Shown: positions 44,553 through 58,700 of the stretch, piece by piece
Layout: every line of letters begins with the position of its first letter
How positions within the stretch are numbered: position 1 is the first letter of the stretch
Assembly (NCBI GenBank): GCA_964016885.1
Contig: OZ024741.1
Span: forward strand, 72,850,001-72,914,000
Origin: Eledone cirrhosa
Lineage: Eukaryota
Direction of reading: 5' to 3'
Length of the DNA: 64,000 nucleotides
Program-made: the position numbers and the translations under genes
Notes under the pieces: model-generated
What the model saw: only the letters and a program-made list of their open reading frames with translations
What the model was told of the DNA's origin: nothing
Databases searched by the model: none

Positions 44553-44639
44553 ATATAGAAAATGTCTAATTTTTTCCTGATATGCTGGTAGACAAACGAG
44601 CGAGACAGTTCGGTGACCACCATACTATATATATATATT

Positions 44640-44800
44640 TTCATCATCATCATCACCGTTTAACGTCCATTTTCTCCACACTAGGATGGGTTAGACGAGT
44701 TGTCCCGTTGTGAGACAAGCCAGGTCCGAAGACCATGTCTTATAGAACTTATTTAGAGTTGGTCTCTATAATTGGATGCCCTTCCTAATGCTAACCTCAT
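44640..44800 (-). mobile_element. SINE or RTE 3'-end fragment with (GAT)n tail
   Basis: Reverse complement ends GGACGTTAAACGGTGATGATGATG, similar to the tail at 30650. Confidence 0.55.
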
Positions 44801-45639
44801 TTAAACAAGTGAGCGACACGCGTTCAATCAACATAAAACTACACACGCCTGCTTTAATATCAAAGATTTTGATATAAAGATGATGAGAATGAGGATGATG
44901 AGTTGGAAAAGATAAAGGTCAGAGTTGATTTTGAATGGAATTTGAACACAACATATAGAACAGGAACAAATGCTACCACATTTTGTCCAATACTCTGCCA
45001 TTTCTCTCAATCTAGTGAAAATTTTATGAAGAAGCCATCTGAATTTGATTCAGTTAACTAAATTATCAAAACATAAATTTTAAAACCTTGATTTAGTGGA
45101 ATGATACGTGATGTCCCCCCTCCCCACACAGCCCCGGCGGGCAGAATGGAGAAGGCGTTTCCAACCCTTTAAATTGATGGTTTTGTTCCATAGAAGGAGA
45201 CGTGGATTGAAATGGTTAACAAGTCGATCAAATATCACTACTAAATGACTACTCAATATATATAGATAGAACGGAGCTCCATATATCTTACATGTTAGCG
45301 AAACACTTAACAAAAATAAATGAATACATAAAATACATAGATAAACCGCGACACATTAATTACTTTTTGTTAGCGCCACGAAGCTAACGAACTTAATGAA
45401 ACACCATGTGTCACCAGCAGGTGTCTAATTGAACACAGAGTTGTCAGATCTCGAATATACTCCATAGATAAATATTTCTAAAACATTGATCAGATTTGGC
45501 ATAATTTCGTGACAAACTAACAGGAAATAGGTGACACACTAAAGTGCCACGATGCAGTTTGAAAACCTCCTATGTAAATTACAGAATTTATTTTTATAGT
45601 TGACCACAGGCGAAACTTCGACGTCACTATGAAGATTTT

Positions 45640-45757
<118 letters not shown>

Positions 45758-46449
45758 GGATACTATTTATATTTTAAACCATAAATAGGGAAGGTCAGTA
45801 ATTTATTACTAACTTATTACCAGTAAGATAAATAGCTCAAAGTAAGAACATCAGTTGTTCTACAGAGCAGTTATATAGAATTCACAAGAATCAAAGCTAT
45901 GTCCAAGCATTTATTCACTTACAATTGTTTCTTCCAAACCTAGGCTTGGAGTCTTCTGAGCAATTTTTAATGCTTGTACATATAATTGACTTCCCAGTCG
46001 ACGCAAGAGACATACAGATACATATATATATATATATTGATGTACAGTGTGGAGCGGCATATATTATACTATACTATATTTGTATAGTAATTCAAATTCA
46101 AATCAAAATTAAAATTAAAATACATGCAACAGATAACACAGATAATGCAGGAGAATAGTTCAATAATCAGATCTTTATATAAGGGACTCAATTGAGGCAA
46201 CTTATAATGTATGTTGGAACAATGAATTTAGTTATGAGAATCAGCTAGTTACCTCCCCTTACCCATTAGCTCCCCTTAGTTACATACCTACTTCCGGATA
46301 TTAAACCGCTGTAAATTTTCGCATATAAATATGGATTATATATCACTGAGCTTCAATACGTTACAATCCTTTACTACAACAAACATTCAATACAAATACA
46401 TCGTAACATATGTGATGAATGTGAAAACTATAACTTCCTCTTTCTGGAT

Positions 46450-47967
46450 GTGAAAATGGTGGTGGATGTGAAAACTATAACTTTCTTTTTCTGCACACAT
46501 ACTAATTTGATCTGTACAAAAAATCGCTGGCCCCTACCGCATGTGCAATCATTTTCTTCAGTTCATCGTGAACCACGAAAAACCACGAAACCACGAAACC
46601 ACGATGAACTGAAGAAAATGATTGCACATACGGTAGGGGCCAGCATAAAAATAACCCTTAAGGAACATATGTTCAAATTTAATGGAAAAACATATGCCCA
46701 AGAGGAAGGAGCAGCCATTGGTGTTAGCATTGCAGGCGACATAGCTAACTTATTCATGGTATGGTGGGACAGTAGACTTAAACTTAAACTTAAAGAACAA
46801 TTAGAAGACCCCTTAACCCTGATAATGTACTCCCGCTACGTAGATGATATAAACATCGTAGTTAAGACACCCCCACTAGAGAACAGTCAGGAACTAGAGA
46901 AAAACACAATGGAAAGCATCCAGCAAATAGCAAACTCCATCCACCAGAGCATTAGAGTTACTATAGACTACCCAAGTAAACACCCCAACCATCGATTACC
47001 TGTACTAGACACAGAGCTCTGGTTAGATACCATTAACAACAAAAAACAAATCCTCCATTCCCATTATGCCAAACCCATGACTTCCAAACATCTGATCCAC
47101 CGAAACTCGGCCGTTTCGGACCATACCAAAATCAACATACTGATTGCGGATTTGGTACGGGTGATGAGAAATGTGTCCCGCATGTGCAACCCCGAAGAAC
47201 TAGAGAGACACATACAACACTTCATCCACCGTATGCAGTTCTCTGGCTACAATCAGAGAGATAAAATCAGAGTGTATAGAGGAGCCAGAACCAAATGGGA
47301 AAAAATGGTAAATAATGACATAAATGGCACCTGCCCCTTGTATAGGAGCAAATTTTGGAATAGAATAGAAAGAACTAGGAACAAGGCTAATAGAATAAAC
47401 TCATGGTATGATAGCAATAAATACCAGAGTGTAATGTTCATCGATACAACCTCTAGAGGTGAATTAGCTTACAAATTTAGAAGGGCCCTAAATAAACATA
47501 AACTCAATATTAAGATAGTAGAAAGACCAGGTACCTCCGTAAAAACACTTATTAGCAAGACATACCCTTTTCAAAGACCCTCATGTATAGATAAGAAATG
47601 TATAACCTGTAAAATAAGCCCCCATATTAACTGTAAAACTAGAAATGTAGTGTATAGCATAAGATGTACTGAAGGACAATGTAGAGACAAAAATATAGTG
47701 TACATAGGTGAGACAGTTCGTAGTGTAGGGGAACGGATAAATGAACACTGGCGAGACCTTCAAGATAATAAAGAATCATCTGTACTCTACCAACATGCTA
47801 AAATAGAACACAAGGGTAAATTAGAGAACATAGAAATAAAAATAGAATCTACACACAGAAAAGACGCAATGTTTAGACAAATTACAGAGGCAATAAACAT
47901 AAAAGAATTACAACCAAAATTAAATAGAAAATATGAGTGGAACAGCAACATCACAACTTACAATTAA
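46450..47967 (+). CDS. 5'-truncated PLE RT + GIY-YIG ORF (homology begins about 46590)
   Basis: QEEGAAIG, YSRYVDDI, LPVLD, Cys-rich linker, VVYSIRC...YIGET.RS.GER..EH; open for about 455 codons. Confidence 0.85.
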   Translation: MKMVVDVKTITFFFCTHTNLICTKNRWPLPHVQSFSSVHREPRKTTKPRNHDELKKMIAHTVGASIKITLKEHMFKFNGKTYAQEEGAAIGVSIAGDIANLFMVWWDSRLKLKLKEQLEDPLTLIMYSRYVDDINIVVKTPPLENSQELEKNTMESIQQIANSIHQSIRVTIDYPSKHPNHRLPVLDTELWLDTINNKKQILHSHYAKPMTSKHLIHRNSAVSDHTKINILIADLVRVMRNVSRMCNPEELERHIQHFIHRMQFSGYNQRDKIRVYRGARTKWEKMVNNDINGTCPLYRSKFWNRIERTRNKANRINSWYDSNKYQSVMFIDTTSRGELAYKFRRALNKHKLNIKIVERPGTSVKTLISKTYPFQRPSCIDKKCITCKISPHINCKTRNVVYSIRCTEGQCRDKNIVYIGETVRSVGERINEHWRDLQDNKESSVLYQHAKIEHKGKLENIEIKIESTHRKDAMFRQITEAINIKELQPKLNRKYEWNSNITTYN

Positions 47968-48359
47968 GGACAAAATGAAAACACACACACACATAGAACA
48001 AACAACCAACCAGTAACATGTAAATAAACAAATAAATAAATGAACATAAACACACACAGACACCCGGATGTGGCGCATGCGCAGACTGAGCACACAACAC
48101 ACACACAGAAACAAAATGGCGTAGGACAGAACAAAGGAGAGGCACAGAAACAAAGAAAGGAATCCCCAGTTATTGAAGAGGTCACAGAGTGTGTGACGAA
48201 AGAACTATGACTTAAACAACTATCTGGTTGTGGAACCAACCAACCAACCAACCAGAAATTTATAAATTTATAAATTTATTATAAATTTATTATAATAAAT
48301 TGAAGTGAAAGCAACTGGTGCGTGTGTTTCTTATTGGCAACATGACCCTCCCAAAGTAT

Positions 48360-48360
<1 letters not shown>
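46590..48360 (+). mobile_element. Penelope-like element with a 3' hammerhead-like motif (48168-48211)
   Basis: AGTTA TTGAAGA GGTCAC agagtgt GTGAC GAAA gaac TA TGACT; ends at (TA)n. Confidence 0.85.
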
Positions 48361-48453
<93 letters not shown>

Positions 48454-48579
48454 AGGCGGTGGAACTAGGGAGAGGGGGCAGGGATGCCATGTCCCCCCTC
48501 CTCATGATTATATATTTTTCCCTAAACTACCAAAACACACATCTATTTGTATATACACTTCAATTTATGTACACGTATA

Positions 48580-49402
48580 TATAGAGAGGGGGGGAGTTTG
48601 GTAGTGCTGGATATAGTGGGAGGAAATAAGAGAGTGTTGTATGATAGCTATAGAGAGGTGGAGAGTTTGGTGTTTATTGATATAGAGAGGGGGATTGAAA
48701 GAGAGTTCCGTGTAGTAGATATAGAGAGGAGGAGAGTTTGGTGTTAATTTATATAAAGAAGGGTTTGGGAGAGAGTGTTGTATGGTTGATGTAGGGAGGG
48801 CATGTGTTTGGTGGTAATGAATAGAGTGAGAGGATTGATAGAGGTAAGTATTGATAGATATAGAGAGGGGGATAGGTTGATGTTAATTAATATAGAGAGG
48901 AGGATTGGGAGAGTGAATGTTGTATAGTAGATATAAAGAGGTGTAGATTTCAATTCTTGTTGATATTGGGGTGTTAGGAAGGATAAATGTTACTAAATAT
49001 TTAGAGGGGACTGGATGAGACATTATGGTAAAAGATATAGAGGGAGTAGTTTGTGATGGATAGAGAGAGAACGATTACAAGAGAGATGGTGAAGGGGAGA
49101 CTTTGGAGATGATTGATATAAAGATGATTGATATTATTGGGAAAGTGATTTGTATGTTAGATATAAAGAGGGGGAAAATTTGGTGGTTGTAGATATAGAG
49201 AGAGGGATAATAAGAGTGTGCCGTGTAGTAGATATAGAGAGGGGGAGAGTTTTGAGGTGATTGATATAGAGAGGGGATTGGGAAAGATAAGTGTAGATAT
49301 TTATAAGAGAGGTTGTGTCGATGTAGATATAGAGAGGGGAGAGTTTATTATTAGTAGATACAGAGAGGTGGATTAAAAGAGAGTTTTGTGTGATAGACAT
49401 AG

Positions 49403-49475
<73 letters not shown>
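48580..49475 (+). repeat. Degenerate purine-rich minisatellite (GATATAGAGAGGGG..GAGAGTTTG) ending in (GA)n
   Basis: Motif recurs about every 30-35 bp. Confidence 0.75.
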
Positions 49476-49477
<2 letters not shown>

Positions 49478-49780
49478 TGTGTGTGTGTAAGAAATTTACA
49501 ATCCACCCACGTTTGCATATTTAAAACAAAAAGCGAAAAAGAAAAGCCCAAACATTAAATAGCAAAGGTAAGAGAAAGAATGACCGGCAAACGCTATACC
49601 GCAGTCTTGGCAGTATATCTTAACTGCACCCCGCGGACTAAATGGCGAAAGCATATAAGCTGTCTGAACGTAATGTTATTACTCTGGGGTCTTACCTCAT
49701 CCGAGTGCTAAAGCTACAGACCGATTATGCATATACGCTAGCTTGGCCGTATACTAAAGCTTCGTCAGTGCTGTACTAAA

Positions 49781-49836
<56 letters not shown>

Positions 49837-49974
49837 AAGCAGAAAATTGCTTATTGTGATCCAGTTCGTGGTTAAGAAAGCCAGTTTCATGGACGGTTTC
49901 AACGTACGGTTAGGGGTAACTCCACAAGTTTGTAAGAATTCCGTTCAATCTTGGAGTATAAAGTATAAAAGAGA

Positions 49975-50304
49975 AAACACAGATAAGCATTAAGAGAAGG
50001 ATTTTATCCAGGTATTTACGACCGTTTCATTGGTAAGTGCAACCTTATATTGCAAATAGCAGCCACTTAATGATAATTGTTGTTCACGTCCAAATTTTCA
50101 AAAGGTTTTTCTCAAAATGTTTTTCTCTATATATTAAGAACTATTTCAAGAGTAACTTACTCACTATTTTGAAAATTTGAACGTGAACAACAATTATCAT
50201 TGAGTGGCTGCTGTTTGCAGAATAGCAATATAAGGTTGCACTTACCAATGAAACGGTCGTAAATACCTGGATACAATCCTTCTCTTAATGCTTACCTGTG
50301 TTTT

Positions 50305-50305
<1 letters not shown>
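49975..50305. repeat. Inverted repeat (about 125-bp arms)
   Basis: TAAGCATTAAGAGAAGGATT..TTTACGACCGTTTCATTGG is mirrored at 50240-50295. Confidence 0.85.
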
Positions 50306-50345
<40 letters not shown>

Positions 50346-50494
50346 GCTCAAAGTGAGTTTTGTTATTCTGGAGTTTTGTTTGTTTATCACAGACTCACCT
50401 TGTCTGATGCCCCTTTGATAGATCGGTGAAACTCCAGAGTAAAAATAATTCAAGTTTTAGCCTTAATAAGAATTTTCACAGTCGTCAACCACAT

Positions 50495-50591
<97 letters not shown>

Positions 50592-50728
50592 GGAAAAGAG
50601 TCAGGACCCATTGTTTTACCTAAATCCCGGAGGGTCCTGACTATTTTCCTATTACCCACTCTACTACCCTAAGTATTGAGTACTCTGGTGCGTTATTGTC
50701 CACCTGGTTCCTTACCAGACTTCCTTCG

Positions 50729-50772
<44 letters not shown>

Positions 50773-51159
50773 TATTGTTATTTCTGTTGAAAGCCGTGGT
50801 GATATATGTGGCGGGTTGGCATTGATGTCACAATGGTGGTGTATTCGTGATAAGAGTAACGTTCTTGGAGCTACTGATTCATTGTAAATTCATCACGAGT
50901 AATTACATCGTGGTTAATACATAACCTAGTATCTTCAATACCTGATAATTACAATACCTGATAATTACATTGCTTAATAATGATATTGCCTAGTAACTTC
51001 ATTGCCTGATAATTAATTCGCCTAATAATATCATTGCCAAGCAATTACAACGTAAAGTAATACATCGTCAGTAAATTAATCTTCATACTTTTCATTCATT
51101 TTATGAATATAAGGGCGTTCATTTTATGAACATAAGGTTCATTTTATGAACATAAGGTT

Positions 51160-51772
51160 GTGGATTAAATTTCCTGCGGCGTGTTGTGTTATTGAACAAG
51201 ACACTTTATTTCACGTTGCACCTGTCCACTCAGCTGGAAAAAATGAGTTGTACTTGTAATTCAAAAGTCCAGCCATATCACTCCTTGTGACAGGTTAAAT
51301 CTTCATGAGAAATTTGTTATGGGTGCAAATGTTAATCAAATACACACCACTTTCACGCTAAGTTTGCAAGCAGGCTGTTCCGTTGGTCAAACAACTGGAG
51401 TAATCGTCAGCAGAACTGGGGTGACCTAATAACTACATCTCTAAATATTATATAAGTACTTTAGTGGAAATACGAATTGACTCCCATCAGTTTCTACGAT
51501 GAGTGTTCAAGTTGTTAGATCAACGGAAGAACCTGCTTGTGAACCTGCTATTGTCTGAGCATTCCAATGCCATGTGTACCTTTAACGTAATTCTCATGGA
51601 GATTCATACAAGAATAGTCCATCTAATTGGCTTCAAAAGAGTTTCCATCTCTTCAATTTCAGTCACATGGTTGGAGTTGACCCAAGACTATAGTAAAGGA
51701 ATCTAGTTCAAGATTTCGCGCAGTGGGACCTTATGATTGCGAAGCGAAATTCTTAACCATTCGGCCATGTTG
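51160..51772. mobile_element. Two old SINE copies of a second family in opposite orientation
   Basis: Reverse-complement head GGCCGAATGGTTAAG at about 51768; 51300-51420 resembles the reverse complement of 51490-51605. Confidence 0.5.
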
Positions 51773-52099
51773 CATCCACATAAAATCTCTATCCGCAGAG
51801 TAAATATATATTGATAGACATTGTATAAATATTTTATCTGTTGAGTAAATATATATCGCTAGACATTACATAAAGATTTTATCTGAAGAATGAGTATATA
51901 TTGCTAGACATTATATAATGACTTTATCTCTAAATATATATATTACATAGTAATAAGCAAAAAGAAATTCAGAGACGAAAAATTCCATCCTACAATTAGG
52001 ATATTTTTTTAAATAGAAATCAGAAGAACACTAAATAAACGCTGAAATAATCGAACAGTACTTCGTCAGTGATATAGTTACACACACACACACACACAG

Positions 52100-52210
<111 letters not shown>

Positions 52211-52675
52211 CACGTACACACACATGCACATGTACACACACACATGGACACACACAGTGTATTGTGAATTTAAGACATTGTCAATATATAGGAAAATCAC
52301 AAAATACTGGATTATTTAAGAAGTCTTGCTGAAAATTTATGTATTATTTAAATATTTCTTTTTATTTCATTATAAAATAGTATTTTTCATTTGTTTTAAA
52401 ATATTCGATTTATCTCTTCATATACAATATATATTGAATAGATTTTATATTAATAATGTTTTGTCTGATATTCTTCCTCGTAGTAAATAAAATGTGATAT
52501 ATGTTTTGGTGAATAAATGTTTTGAATAATGTTTACTCTGCAATTAAAGACATGGCGCATTTACTGACGAAGGGTTGTCTCGCAGGCAGTGCCGAATTTA
52601 GGACAAATGAGGCCCTGTGCTAGTTAAGTTACGAGGTCCCAAACATTTGAAAAATTCATCGATTCTTCCTCTATA

Positions 52676-52736
<61 letters not shown>

Positions 52737-52959
52737 CACTCTCTCAATCACCTTTCCATCCACCCCCTTTTCTGGGAAAGGTTAGCTGTGTTCAGACTTG
52801 CCGAGGGATAGGTTCCGCCACTTTTAAATGCCAAGCCATGCCATATACCCGACGGCACCCTCATGACTCCATCGAAAATTAAGAATATATGCAAGCAGTG
52901 TATCTAGCAGTAATATTATCCACTGCGTTCTTATTTTAAGATCTAACATTATCCATAAA

Positions 52960-54240
52960 CCGGATGAGATGATCCTGCCACCCACCTACGGCTTTTAAAA
53001 ATCTGGTGCCTAACATTAACCGTAGAATTTTGAACTTATCATCTAGTAGAAAAATATTTGAGAAGTCAGCGCTGTACTACAACAAAGCCCTCTGGGATAA
53101 TTGATTCAGAGAAGAGATAAAATGCATCCCTAATAGACCCCCATCAAGTGGGTTTGTCTACTCGACTTTATCCTATCAGACGGTTTGTCTACTCGACTTT
53201 ATCCTATCCTTAGCTTCAAGAAAGGCCAATATCAGCTTCTATGAGAAAGAAGGCAACAGAGATGTCTTCCTCCACCCAGACTCAGCTTATTCACAAAGCC
53301 TAAAATACTACGTGGCCAGGAACGAACTTATACACCACACGGACTGAGGTCACCCAATCAAGATCCGTACTAAACCACTTTTGGCAACTGCTGTTAAAGA
53401 GAGGCGATGAACAATGCTTTGTAAAAACGTTATCGAGAGTAAAAGCGAATACAGTCACAAACACTACACACTAACACCAACCACCATCTTTAGTCCTAGT
53501 AGCAACCACAGCCACTTGCAGACCAACAACAACGAAAGATACAACAACACCAACAAGAAGAATGAAAAGGAGAAAAAGAAATGAGAGAAAAAAGACAAAA
53601 TCTGGGTCTACATTGATCTGTCATACCAAGGAGAACAGAGAGAAAATCGTCTTAGAAACTGTATTAGGCCTCCCGGTGTGAGTAACAAAGTGTGGGAGTA
53701 CGTTGAGATAAAACCTTACGCAGAGAATCGAAGAAGACGCCTGCTGCTTTCGGACAAGCCTTCTCAGAGAATACACTATCACAGGAATTAACAACAAACA
53801 ATGTAAAACCAATATGTCTGAGAGACCATATAGTGTAAGAGTTGAACTGTGCATGCGGAACCAACTACATTGGTTCCACGAAACACCAACTACATAACAG
53901 AATATAATAACATTTTCAAAAAGTGACGCCCCCAAGCGCAGTGTTTCAACACAGAGAAATGTGTTGAAGGAGCATAACCACCAAAATACTTGCAGATCAG
54001 AGACACTGAGACTTAGGAATAGCGGAGGCACGTTTTATTAAGAAGCAGATGCCTACTCTAAGCCGTCGGAGTGACCTGGGCTCATAGAAACACTTATACA
54101 CATACTCTGACAGGTAACAGATTTGCCGAGCCAGGAATAATCAAGTCTGATGAAGGATAGTTAATTTGAAAGCGTTCGCTATCAAGTGACCCATACTGAC
54201 CTATTCTTCACCTAAATGAACAATAAAACACAAAACAACC
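52960..54240 (+). mobile_element. Highly decayed third PLE family with a terminal hammerhead-like motif
   Basis: HPPTAFKNLVPNINRRILNLSSSRKIFEKSALYYNKAL (from 52979) resembles the post-RT region of PLEs; CTGATGA...GAAA at 54147-54171. Confidence 0.55.
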
Positions 54241-54355
54241 AGTTTTTAAACAAGTTATACCATGTTTATTGTATTGTATTTTATCCTAGTTTCTCCTTCT
54301 CAACTCCCTATAGCTCACTCTTCTGAACCGCACACACTACAAGAACTATAGACAA

Positions 54356-54419
<64 letters not shown>

Positions 54420-54558
54420 TTACTACTACTACTACCACACACACACTTGAAACTAATAAGACTGTTTTTGCATCACTATGTTTGTCTTGTCTCTATATAA
54501 TTCAAGAACAGACAAGACAAACATAGAGATGCAAAAACACAAAGGTATACATACATAT

Positions 54559-54611
<53 letters not shown>

Positions 54612-54675
54612 AACACATATATATATACAAACACATATATGGGAAATGAAATTTCGTTTCATTTTTTCCGTTCAC

Positions 54676-54731
<56 letters not shown>

Positions 54732-54736
54732 ACACA

Positions 54737-54823
<87 letters not shown>

Positions 54824-55112
54824 GTATATGCATGTAAATGTAGGTTTCTGTGTGTGTGTACGTGCGCGCGTAGACAAACTATGATAACTTTAATATCTTG
54901 CCAGCGGTGAAACAATTTAGTGTATACCGTTATATATGTACTTACATATATGTACATGTGATACATATATAAATAACTGATATGCGTTTATTGTAGATAA
55001 ACATAAACTTAATATATTTGAAATACAAATCAATAAATATGAAATAACCTTGAATATATGCTAAAGTTATTATTGTTGTTATTGATATTATTATTATTAT
55101 TATTATTATTAT

Positions 55113-55764
55113 TGTCATTTTTCTTGGAGTCTCAGTCATTTGTGTTATTTAACTGGAAAATTTATTCAAATGAACATCAAGGCGCTACCTGCAGCCTTAG
55201 ATATTCAATACGTATCGGGGGTTCTTGATGTTCCCAGCAAGCATGTCTTTTGAAGTATTCCATGTTTTTTAACCATCCTTGAAAACTCCTCGAGATAGTA
55301 CCTAGTGCTCCTATGACAATAGAGACAACCTTGATCTCATGACAGTCCCAAATCCTTTTTTAATTCTCACATTAAATCCTGGTATTGGTTAATTTTCTCC
55401 TACAATCACGTACGATCTTTTTCCCTTGTCAAAAACCGCCAGGTCAGGCCTATTGTGTTCTAATTTCTTGTCTGTCTGTTTCCTGAAATCCCATAGCATC
55501 TTCACTTGATCGTTTTCTATAACTGATTCTGGTTTATGCTCATACCACTTCTCAGAATGTGGTAAATTATTCAGTTTGCATAGATGCCAGTGAATCTTTT
55601 TAACCAGCTCCATGTCCGTGGATCTCTGAATTCCGTTTTCTTAAAAAAGGTGCGACGAAGGGCTTTTTCCTGTAGGTTATTCTTCCTCTTTGCTGTTACT
55701 TCCATCTTGGACATCCCCTGGTCTATTGTCTTCTCCTTCAGTACAACTTTGAGCATATTTGTGT
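55113..55764 (-). mobile_element. Truncated R4/Dong-like LINE 3' copy
   Basis: KMLWDF..QTDKKLEHNRPDL; 3'UTR shared with the copy at 55790; (TAA)n on both sides. Confidence 0.85.
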
Positions 55765-55789
55765 AATTATTATTATTATTATTATTATT

Positions 55790-58700
55790 GTTCTTTGAGT
55801 CTCAGTCATTGATGTTATTTAACTGGAAAGTTTGTTGAAAGAATATCAAGCAACTACCTGCAGCCTCAGATATTCAGGACGTATCGGAGGGTTCTTGCTG
55901 TTCCCAGCAAGCATGCCTTTTGAAGTGTTCCAAAAGGGGGGGGGGCAATTTTCTTTAACCATCCTTGGAAACTCTTTGAGATAGTACCTAGTGCGCCTAT
56001 GACAATCGAGACCACTTTGACTTCATGGCAGTTCCAAATCCTTTTTACCTCCCACTTTAAGTCCTGGTATCGGTTAATTTTCTCCCTCTCCTTCTCTTGC
56101 ACTCTCGTGTCGAATGGGCAGGCCACATCCACAATCAGGCACGATCTTTTTTTCTTGTCCAAAACCACCAGGTCAGATCTATTGTGTTCCAATTTCTTGT
56201 CTGTCTGTATCCTAAAATCCCACAGCACCTTCACCTGATCGTTTTATATCACCGACTCTGGCTTACTCTCAGAATGTGGTAAATTGTTTACTTTGCATAG
56301 ATGCCAGTGGATCACCCTGCCCATCACATCGTGTTTCCAGCCTTTATAGTGAGTCTGGGCTAGGTGTTTACACTCGGATACAATGTGAGCCACAGTCTCC
56401 ACAGATCCTACACAGTGGGCTAGCCTCCTCCTTGTAAATATGGTGTTTCAGCCACTTCGCTTTGAGGGCCTGCTTTTGCGCAGCCATTAGCATCCCTTCT
56501 GTAGCCATTTTAAGGTCTCCTCTTTCCAGCCAGTTCCATGTCTGTGGATCTCTAAATTCAGTTTTCTCAAAGAAGGTACTATGAAAGGATTTTTCATGAA
56601 GGTTGCTCTTTCTCCTTGTTATTTCCTCCTTGGACATCCCCTGGTCTATTGTCCTCTCCTTCAGTACAATTCTGAGCATTGGCTCCCTACTATCAGTCAC
56701 GTGTTTGTGTAGGTTGTTTTTCTCCATCTGAACACAGTCCTCTATGCTGATAAGACCTCTTCCACCTTCAGATCTCCTTAAGTAGAGTCTATCGACATCA
56801 CTCCTCTCGTGGAACATGTTGTAGATAGTCAATAGCTTCCTAGTCTTCCTATCCATTTCTTTTTGTTCAGCAACATTCCATCTCAGAATTCCCGCACTGT
56901 ACCTAATAATAGACACAGTTCGGGAATTTACTGCACTTATGGCATTCCTATTGTTCAGATGTGACATTAATACGCCCCTTACTCTCCAAATGTATTCAGA
57001 TATTATCAATTCCTTCATATTTTTTTGTTCTTGATGTCATCAGCCTCCAGAACACCTAAATATTTGTATCCTTCTTCAGCATCAATTTCCTTTATCATCT
57101 CACCTGTTGGTAACTGGATTCCGTTGCTTCTGCTCAATTTACACCTCTTCATCACAAGGACTCCACACTTACTAATACCAAATTGCATACATATATCATT
57201 GCTGAAAATACGAACAGTGTCAACAAGCACATCCAACTCCTTCTCACTCTTCCCGAAGAGCTTAAGATCGTCCATGAATAGGAGGTGATTGATGGTAAGC
57301 TCTCCCTTTCCCAACTTGTATCCTCTTGTCACTTTTCGCAGTATAATGGTCAGGGGGATCAGGGCAAGGACAAACAACAGAGGGGACAAACTATCTCCCT
57401 GGAATATACCTCTCTTGATCTTCACGCCTCCCAAGGATTCTCCGCACGATGTTAACTCTGTTTTCCAGGACTTCATACTTTTGATCAACAACTGTCTGAT
57501 GTTATCTGCCACCCTGAAGATCTCTAGGCTTTTGGTGATCCAAGAATGAGGTACAATGTCGAATGCATTTTTGTACTCTATCCATCCCATTGCAAGACCA
57601 GTGTGTCTCCTCTTGCAATTCCTCATTACCATTTTATCAATAAGTAACTGGTCCTTTGTACCACGGGACTTCTTTCGGCATCCTTTCTGTTCGTCCGGTA
57701 ACAAGTTGTTTATGTGGAGGTGATGGTAGATTTCCTCAGACACAATGCTTGTTAACAGTTTCCACATTACGGACAGACATATGATAGGTCTATAGTTGGT
57801 AACATCATTACCCTTTTGTCGGTCTTTCATTACCAGAACTGTGGTACCTTTTGTCAACCACTCTGGTACCTCACCTGACATCAAGCAGTCATTGAACATG
57901 GTTGTCAGTTTCGGATGTAGGGATGTTATATTTTTAATCCAATACCCCTGCACACCATCTGGGCCTGGTGATTTCCAGTTGGTTAGTTTTCTGGCCTGCC
58001 CCTTAAGAGTTTCAACTGTGATACTCAAATCTGTTTCTTGGTGTGCCTGTTCACTAATCTTCTTTTGTACTGTCTCAATCCACACTGCCTGATCATTATG
58101 TTTAACATCCTACTCCCATATCCCTCTCCAGAATGTCTTAGTTTGTTCCGCCTCAGGGATCAAGTCGTTGCCTCTTTCTTTCCATTCAAGCTGTCCAAAC
58201 AACATCTTCTGGTTGTTATCAAACATGCGGTTCTGTCTATACTGACTGACTCTGCTCTCGTATCGCCTAATCTTTGCGCTCTTTGCTACAATGGGTTGTT
58301 TCAGTTCCTCTATGATGATATTTAGCTTTTTCCTCCTAGTTTTATACTTTAGTTCCAGTCTATTTTTAGTGTCTATGTTTTGTAGTGTCCCATTCAGTAG
58401 GGACTCAAGCTTTCCAATGTCATTTCTCATTTCCCTGATTTGACCATTCAGTCGTTTCTTCCACCAAGGTTCTGATCTTTCTTGTTTGTTGTTTCCTCTC
58501 GCTTTTATGCCAAGCAATTTCCTCACCGCATTTGCTGTTGCTTTGAGGATATTGTTGCACTGGTGAAGGTTCCTCGCCTCAAGGTATGGCATGACTTTGT
58601 TTACCTTAGCTGTTGTTTCTTTTAACTTTTTCCTGTCTACAAATTTTAGGTTCATAGGTTTCCCACTATCATTGTTCAATTCATCTACCACTAAGTTTAG

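Noticed and set aside
44870-45062. Possible acidic coding exon (KDDENEDDELEKIKVRVDFEW...)
   Set aside because: Short, no recognisable homology and no convincing splice sites
49700-49775. Additional hammerhead candidates (CTGACGA at 49768(-), 52070(-), 52564; GAAACCGGT at 22695(-), 24387(-))
   Set aside because: Only half of the core, or no stems, could be formed
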